From: an uncultured Verrucomicrobiae bacterium
GTDB taxonomy: Bacteria > Verrucomicrobiota > Verrucomicrobiia > Limisphaerales > JAFGQR01
NCBI GenBank assembly: GCA_963788655.1
Contig: CAWBHS010000018.1
Span: 1-17,038 of the forward strand
Length of the DNA: 17,038 nucleotides
Direction of reading: 5' to 3'
Each line of letters begins with the position of its first letter. The first letter of the stretch is position 1. Both the position numbers and the translations under genes were made by a program. The notes below the pieces were generated by a model. It made no database searches. It was not told the DNA's origin and worked only from the letters and a program-made list of their open reading frames with translations. This document shows, in pieces, positions 6,740 through 14,000 of this stretch.

Positions 6740-9415
6740 CCGCCTTCCCTTTCCTTCGCCCCCGTTTCGCCGCTTGCTCAGTAACGTGTTTCTCCAGGCT
6801 GGCGTGCCGGCTGCGCAACTTCGCCTCCAGCGTCTTGGCCGCAGTGATGTCCGCGAAGGTGATGACCACGCCGTCGATCCGGTCATCCAGCGTGCGGTAG
6901 GGCATGATGCGCACGGTGAACCAGCGGCCGTCGCGTGCGGCCACCGGTTTTTCCGTCAAGATCAGTGTGCGCAGCACTTCCTGCACGTCGTCGGCCAGCT
7001 TCGGGTAGTGCAGGTCCGAGGCCAGGTCGGTGATGGGCCGGCCCACGTCGCCCGGGATGAGCTTGATGATTTTCGACGCCTGGGGGGTGAACCGCCGCAC
7101 GTTAAGGTCTTTGTCGAGGAAGAGGGTCGCGATATCCGTGCTGTCGAGCAGGTTCTTCATGTCGTTGCTGGCCCGCGACAGCTCGTCCACCTTGGCCTGC
7201 AACTCGGTGTTGACGCGTCTGCAGTTCCTCGTTCATGCGACTGCATCTCCTCCTTGGAGGTGGTGAGTTCCTCGTTGGTGGACTGCAGTTCTTCATTGGT
7301 GGATTGCAGTTCCTCGTTGGCCGACCGGAGTTCCTCCTGCGAGGTCTGCATCTCTTCGTGGGTGGCGCGCGCCTCGGCGCGGATCCGCTGAAGTTCCTGC
7401 TCCAGTTCCGCCAGGCGCGTGTTCCGGGCGGACGCTTTGGGCGCGCCGCCCCCGACTTTAGGCGGCCGCGGGCATGGGGACGTCGGTAAACACGATCATC
7501 ACCAACCCCTGCAGCGGCCCGGGTTCCTCGAGCCGCTGGACGGTGACCTCCACGCATTGTTCGCCGCCATTGGTGCCGACCTTGAGCCCGTGGAGGGTGA
7601 TGCTTTCTTTTTGCCGGAGCGCTTTCTGGAAGGCGCTGGCCAGTTCGTAGCGCAGGCCTTCGCGGGCCATGGCAAACAGGTTCCAGTTGGCCTTGCCGGC
7701 GGCCGGTTCCAGGTATTTGCCCGTGCGGCCGCTGATGTAGAAGATGTCGCCCTTGTCGTTGACGAGCACCGCCGGCGGGGCGTAATGCTGCAGGACCAAC
7801 TGATCCGCCAGGGACTGGAGACTGGCCGGCGGATTGGGCGGCCGGCCGAACCTCCGTGGCGCCCGCCGGGGAGACGGTGAAGGACGAGGGAAACTCGACC
7901 GAGCTCGGGCCGCAGGGCGGTTTCCTTGCGCTGGAACAGCCGCGATTTGCCGTGGAGCGGGGCAAAGAGGTCGGTGGCGCTCGCCAATCGTCTCCGCGCT
8001 GCCGAGAAACAAAATGCCGCCGGGATTGAGGCTGTAGTGAAACAGCGGGATCAGCTTTCTTCTGCACCTCCGTGGTCAGGTAGATCAGCAGGTTGCGGCA
8101 GCTCAGGATGTCCAGCTTGGTGAAGGGCGGGTCCATGATGAGATTCTGCGGCGCAAAGATCACCATCTCGCGAATCTCTTTGCGCACCCGGTAGCCGTGA
8201 TCTTCCTTGGCGAAGAACCGCTGCAGCCGCTCCGGCGACACGTCGGCGGCAATGTTTTCCGGGAAAAAGCCCTGGCGGGCCTTGTCAATCGCGTCGCGGT
8301 CCAGGTCGGTGGCGAAGATCTGCAGGGCGAAATTTCCCTTGGGCTTGGCTTGCTCGACCGCCTCCTTGAACACGATGGCCAGGGAATAGGCTTCCTCGCC
8401 CGTGGAACAGCCGGGCACCCACGCTCGCAGCGCCTGGCCGGGCGGCCGGTTCGCGAGCAGCGCCGGGATGACCTGCTTCCCGCAATTGCTCCCAGGCCGC
8501 CGGATCGCGGAAGAAATTCGTCACCCCGATCAGCAACTCCTTGAAGAGCAGATCCAGCTCCTGCGAGTTCTCCTGCAGGTAGCGGACATAAGCCGCCATC
8601 TTGTTGATCTGGTGAATGCCCATGCGCCGCTCAATCCGGCGGTAGAGCGTGTTCCGTTTGTAGAGGGAAAAGTCGTGGCCGGTGTGGGCGCGCAGCAGGA
8701 TGACGGTTTTCTCCAAGGCGCTCTGCGTCTTGTCCTCCAGGGCCACTTCCGTCCGGGCGAGGAGCGGAGTGCGCTGCAGATAGGCGAGGATCTTCCCCGG
8801 CAACTCCTCCACCGGGGCCACGATATCCGCCAACCCGGCGTCAATCGCGCTGCGCGGCATGCCGTCGAATTTGGCCGTCGCCGGCTCCTGCACCAGCACC
8901 ACGCCCGCCTTCTCCTTGATGGCGCGCAAACCCAGCGTGCCGTCGGAGCCCATGCCGGAAAGAATCACGCCGATGCTGTGCTCCTGCTGGTCCAGCGCCA
9001 GCGAGCGGAGGAAAAAATCAATCGGCAGGCGCAGCCCGCGCGGCGCCGCCGGATCGAGCAGGTGCAGCACCCCGTGCAGGATCGACATGTCCTTGTTCGG
9101 CGGGATCACATAGACGCAGTCCGGCCGGACCTTGGTGCGATCCTTGACCTGCACGACTTTCATGCCGGTGGCGCGCTGGAGCAATTCCGGCATGATCCCC
9201 TTGTGCGTCGGATCCAGGTGCTGGACAATGACAAACGCCATGCCGCTGCCCGCCGGCACGTGCCCCAGGAATTGCTCCAAGGCCTCCAGTCCCCCGGCGG
9301 AAGCCCCGATGCCGACGATGGGAAACGAGACGCTGGCCGGGGACGCGGGGGTTGCCGGGCGAGCCGCCTTGGCGGGCTGCTTCTGCCGGCGTTTAGGTGC
9401 AGACTTGCTTTTCAT
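6732..9415 (-). CDS. cheBR: CheB methylesterase-CheR methyltransferase-PAS fusion protein (about 890 aa), broken by roughly 8 frameshifts
   Basis: CheB motifs: VGIGASAGGLEAL, VIVQHLDP, GVILSGMGSDG. CheR motifs: ELLIGVTNFFRD, VPGCSTGEEAYSLA, IFATDLD, DILSCRNLLIY, LFLGSAET. Then a PAS-like region (PPAVLVNDKGDI), a coiled coil (EELRSANEELQSTNEELQSTNEELTTSKEEMQS) and a PAS (NLLDSTDIATLFLD...RRFTP). Frame changes fall near 8478, 8056, 7982, 7905, 7835, 7460, 7238 and 7215. The likely start is ATG 9415 (MKSKSAPK). Confidence 0.93.
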
Positions 9416-9690
9416 GATACTAGTTCCTGTTTCCGCGGCGGTGCAGAGATTGGACATCTCCCAACCCCATTGCGCCGTGACGAAGTGATCGCTTGACGGT
9501 TGCTTTTGGAGGTCGAATACATGCACGGCTCCATTGACCCATGGGGCCGATTCTGCCACCACCCGCGATGGATTGGCGATCTCTTTTTTGGTCCGAGCGG
9601 TTTCATCCGGTTCCCGCGGACGGGTGGATTGCCATCGGCGCCCCACCGCTTTGATCCCCGCATCCCGCGGTTGTTTTGGTTCGTCCATGG

Positions 9691-9731
9691 GATAAATCCC
9701 AACCCCTCAAAAATCGATAAATCACCAACCC
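9691..9731. promoter_or_regulatory. Imperfect direct repeat GATAAATC(A)CCAACCC x2, candidate transcription-factor site
   Basis: GATAAATCCCAACCC at 9691-9705 and GATAAATCACCAACCC at 9716-9731, in the lower-GC region upstream of the operon. Confidence 0.35.
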
Positions 9732-9758
9732 ACTTTAGCAACCGGTCCCGCGGAGGGA

Positions 9759-9778
9759 TATGGGGTGTTTACCCCATA
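9759..9778. promoter_or_regulatory. Perfect palindrome TATGGGGT-N4-ACCCCATA, candidate operator
   Basis: An 8-bp inverted repeat with a 4-nt spacer, between the divergent operon start (9415) and ORF 9873. Confidence 0.45.
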
Positions 9779-9872
9779 GACGAATTTCCCGCCGTTGGCC
9801 TAACGTCACGCCCGCATGCTGAACCAATGCAGAATCTAGAATGCGAAAACGCTGCCGCAAGGACTTCTCGCT

Positions 9873-10133
9873 ATGAGCAAAAAGATCGATTCCCTCTGGC
9901 CAACTCCGACCGCCCACTCTGCGCCAAAGATTAAAACGATTGGCCTCCACCTGGCCAGCACCGACCGCAACCTGCCGTGGAAGATCAAGGCTGCCTTTGA
10001 CTTCGCGAAAAGCGCGGGTCAGGAACTGGATCTCACGTTCAGCTTCCGGCCGGCGGGACGAAGCACTCCCAAGCAACGGTCGGCTCAAGAACAAGAAATT
10101 CTGGATTCTCCCCCGCATCGCTGGCTGCTTTGA
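9873..10133 (+). CDS. Hypothetical protein, 86 aa
   Basis: ATG preceded by AAGGA, G/C-biased third positions in the central part, and a hairpin downstream. No recognisable family. Confidence 0.45.
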   Translation: MSKKIDSLWPTPTAHSAPKIKTIGLHLASTDRNLPWKIKAAFDFAKSAGQELDLTFSFRPAGRSTPKQRSAQEQEILDSPPHRWLL

Positions 10134-10173
10134 ACGGGCCGTTGACTTTACTGACAGACGCCAACCCCTGGGG

Positions 10174-10203
10174 CCCTCTCCTCCGCATTTGCGGAGGGGA
10201 GGG
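10174..10203. repeat. REP-like hairpin CCCTCTCCTCCGC-ATTT-GCGGAGGGGAGGG
   Basis: 13-bp stem with one G:T pair. It resembles the widespread CCCTCTCC...GGAGAGGG extragenic palindromes and may also act as a terminator for 9873..10133. Confidence 0.6.
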
Positions 10204-10272
10204 GTTCAATTGGTGCCGGCAATGTTACATTTCCGTCGGCCGTGAACCCAAAGCGTCCCCATCGATTTGATT

Positions 10273-10422
10273 ATGAATGCTGCCAAACTTTCCCTGACCC
10301 CGCTGGGCCGCGCGTTGTTGCACGCCTTGTGCCTGTGCCGCCGCCCCGCCGCCGCCGGCTTCTATCTCCGGGGCCTCACGCGCAGTTTGCGCGAATGGAG
10401 CCGCCACGGCACCCCTCGATGA
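10273..10422 (+). CDS. Candidate 49-aa basic microprotein (below the ORF-track cutoff)
   Basis: MNAAKLSLTPLGRALLHALCLCRRPAAAGFYLRGLTRSLREWSRHGTPR*. By hand count, 40 of 49 codons end in G/C. No clear SD. Confidence 0.4.
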   Translation: MNAAKLSLTPLGRALLHALCLCRRPAAAGFYLRGLTRSLREWSRHGTPR

Positions 10423-10601
10423 TCGGGACGAATGGTCGCTTCCCGCGGCCAGATGCGCCGCCGCGTGCAGGGAGTTTGAACGGGGAAATACCAAGCGCGG
10501 GAAGGAACAAACGCGCGGACACCCGTTGTTCGAGGATGGCAGCAGGGATTCATTACCCGGCCAGCGCGGGGCCAGCGCGGGAACGGGTCCGCGACAGGTG
10601 G

Positions 10602-10901
10602 CTACCGGCTACATTGGGAAATTGCATGTTCTGAGCAAGGTAGGATTATACCCCATTGCACGCACCCAGCCCAGGGCGTAGTGTTGGCATCGTTCGAAAA
10701 GGCAAACGATAAACGCCGGCAATGCAAACATCCCATGAACGCGAAGCCCAGTTCGCACGAAGGACAATATGCAGTCCAAGATCCGCCGTTAGCCAAAAAG
10801 GTCGGTTGGCAGATTGGCAGCGCGGGAGGTTTCAACGGGAGCGTGACCTTGAAGGCACCGTCCTGTTCCGGTTTCATCGGGTTGTCGCTCAGCGGGTCCA
10901 T
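10602..10901 (-). CDS. Candidate small Cys-rich (zinc-ribbon-like) protein
   Basis: Contains CPSC-x8-CLHC. The first half has G/C-biased third positions. An alternative start is ATG 10877. Confidence 0.35.
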   Translation of the reverse strand: MDPLSDNPMKPEQDGAFKVTLPLKPPALPICQPTFLANGGSWTAYCPSCELGFAFMGCLHCRRLSFAFSNDANTTPWAGCVQWGIILPCSEHAISQCSR

Positions 10902-11016
10902 CCATGACTATCTCTTGAAACCGCACTCCACTTTGGGCTCCAGAACTCAATCCATCCGCAACAACGGCTGTTTTCCGCAGCGTTACTTCCACGTCCCGAA
11001 AATATCCCAAACCATC

Positions 11017-14000
11017 ATGAAAACATCTGCTCTGATTCCCCTCCTCCTGGCTCTGGCGGGGTTCGTCGGCATCGTCCCATCCACCCATTCCCAGGTCATC
11101 CTCAATCCCAACACCATCAGCGGCACGGTCCGCTTCAGCAATGTCAATCCGGACATTCTCGACCTGCTGAATCCGCCGGGCGACGAAGGCATGGACTCGG
11201 TCTATGTGGTCGCCTACAGCCAGCCGCCGGCGCCGTCCTTCAACGCCGGCACGGACGATGTTCCAACCACGTCCCGCACCAGCACGACGTTTAAAGTGGT
11301 CGTGGATTCCAGCGAGGCGGGCATTGCTTACTCGGTGGTGCCGCGCATCACCATGGCCAACGTGCCGGAGCAGTATTATTTCGAGGCCCGTACGTCGGAG
11401 CCTGTCTTCGCCGGTGGACCACCGGTGACGGTGGATTTCGCGGAATGCGTGGGCGTGTTGACCGTTCATTTCGTGGATGCCAGCGGTGATCCGGTGGCCG
11501 TGGATGGCGGCTTGATCCACAACGACAGCTATACGATCTACCGGTATTCCATTCCGGCTGGCGCCACCGAAGCGCGCGTCTATTTGCCCGGCGGCACGTC
11601 CGAGGACCTCAACCTCACCGGGTATCGCGGCACGGACTTCTACACCGACCGGCTCACCTTTTTCCTGCGCACCAACATCACCGTCGCGTGCGACGAACTG
11701 GCGACGGTGGACATGGTGATTCCTGATACCGGCGACCTGGGGCAGATCACCGGCGAAGTCGATTTGCTGGGGGAGTTTGAACTCACCGTGGATGGCCGCG
11801 ACGATCTCAATTTCCCCGATTCGACCGCGGTGATCGCCAATTATGGGCCGTTTGGCAATCAGCGTTGGGCTGCGGTACCGGGACTGGATTTCGTGCTTCC
11901 GTCCAGCGGCGGTTACCTGTTGCCGAATGTCGCGCCGTCCACGCTGGATCCGGCATCGCCAGGCTATGCCCTGTATGCGCAGATGTACATCCGAAGTGGC
12001 CGCCAGATTCAGTCGTTTCGTTCGCCGGCACTGGGCTGGGGCGCCAATCCGGCGGTAACCGTGCTGCCGGGGGAGAGCGTGGACCTGGGTAACTTGTTGG
12101 TCATTGATCCGGGTTACCTCGACGGGCAGATCGTTTTACAAGGACCAAATGAAAGTCCCGGTCACGATTCGCTGTTGCGCGGGTTGCTGCACGCCAGCGA
12201 CGATGATCTGGACATGGACGGTGTGCCGGACAGTCTCGGCACGTACGGCGTGTATTGGAGCAGCGTCAGCGCGGACGGGGTGGATCAATTGGCTGCCGGC
12301 GCGACTCACACCGCGGCCTTTGGGTACACCAACGCGGATTTTTCCCTGTCATTCAATCCCGACAGCCTCGCCTTCGAGGGCAATTATGAGTTGGCCCTGG
12401 GCGGGCTGAACAGCGAACCCAGTCTCTGGCTGCCCCGGACCCTTAGCCTGTCATTGTCCTCGCCACCCGAGGCTCCGGACAGCAATTATTTCTATAATGT
12501 CTTCTCCGTAACCGACCAACGGGACATCACGATGGAAATCACCCCGGGCCAGGCAGCCACGCACGACATCGGTTATTGCTTCAGCGAGGTGACGTTGGTG
12601 TTCCGTTCCTCCGGTAACCGTTCTTCAGTCCCCAGGTGCGTTTCAGTGAGGGGTCATTTCCGGGTGCCGGATTTTCAAGGCAATGCCGCCGATTACACCG
12701 TCTATATTGACGCGGATTTCGGCATGCCCAACACGGCGGAAACCGCCGCTACCGTGGGGCAAGTGACCCTGGCGCTGCCGCAAGGCTCCTACCATTTGCT
12801 CCCCTTTGTGACACCGGCGGATTCCGGTTATGCGTTGACGGGATTGCAACCGATCGACCTTACGGTCGGCTGCGGCGAGCGGATCGTGCTCGAGCAATGT
12901 CTGCAAGTGCAACTCGCCGTGCCACCCTGCGCGGTGCCCGGACCCACCCAATTGACCGGCACGGTCCGCAGTTGCACCAACGCGGTCACGTTAATCACCT
13001 ACGAATTAAACGGCTCCGAGCCGATCATTGTGTGCGAGGAATGCGGCCCGGAACCGGCCTTCGTCTTCGACCTGACCTTGGATCCCGGTCCCAACGCCCT
13101 GACCGTGACCGCGTACGATGACCAGGGAGGAACCAGTTCCGTGACCACCACGCTTGCCACCGATACTCTGCCGCCCATCATTCAGTGTCCGGAGGACATC
13201 GCCGTTGAAGCCACGCGTCCTTGTGGGGCCATCGTGGAGTTCACCGTAACCGCCACAGACAATTGCGACTTGGCTCCGATCCTTGTTTGCACGCCGCGTT
13301 CCGGCAGTCTATTCGCCGCCGGCGACACTGTCGTGAACTGCACGGCGACCGATGCGGCAGGCAATGTCGCCGAATGCGTTTTCAATGTGAACGTAACTGG
13401 TGGACCCGAGTTTCTGCCGCCAACCATCAGTGGCGTTTCACCCCAACTGATCGGGGATTCCGGCGGCGCCCAACTCACTATCAGCGGCGCCGATTTCACC
13501 GTGGATGACGAAGTATTGCTGAACGGCGTGCCGTTGCTGTATCCCGTGTTGGTCAGCGCGGAAGAAATCCAGGGCCAGTCGCCGCCGCTCCCGGCCGGCG
13601 CCTATGAACTGCAAGTCCGCCGTTGTGGCGAGATCGTGGCGAGTCTCCCCGATGCGTGTGTGAGCGGAACGTTGCCACGGATCCTCTCCGTTGATCTACC
13701 CCAAGCTTTTGCTGCGGGTGGGAATTATGTGACCGTTCTGGGTCGAACTTCATCGCCACCACGCAGGTCCGCATCGGCTTCGCCGGATCCGATCTGCTTC
13801 AGAAATTACGGTGTCCGAGGACGGCACCACCCTCATCGGTCAGGTGCCGGCGTTGCCCAACACCGAGGCGCTGGGACCGCGCGATGTCATCGTCGAGGAT
13901 GAGCGGGGCAGCGATATTCTGCCCGCGGGATTGACCTATTTGCCAAATCCATTCGAAACCGACCCCCAGGTCCTTGGCCTGCGCGCGCTGCAAACGGCTT

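Noticed and set aside
7200..8500. Programmed ribosomal frameshifting in cheBR
   Set aside because: There are too many shifts, no consistent slippery site, and the same pattern appears in unrelated genes.
1066..9496. Long + strand ORFs (1066..2778, 2271..3392, 4399..5418, 8402..9496 and others)
   Set aside because: They are antisense shadows of GC-rich minus-strand genes and show no domain motifs.
9416..9688. 91-aa N-terminal extension of CheBR in the ORF track
   Set aside because: It has non-coding-like composition. ATG 9415 gives a typical short basic leader before the CheB domain.
10559..10581. Tandem GGCCAGCGCGG x2
   Set aside because: A short GC-rich duplication with no supporting context, plausibly chance or slippage.
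10681..11016. Upstream start for the large secreted protein
   Set aside because: The signal peptide begins at ATG 11017. The extension looks non-coding and overlaps a minus-strand candidate ORF.
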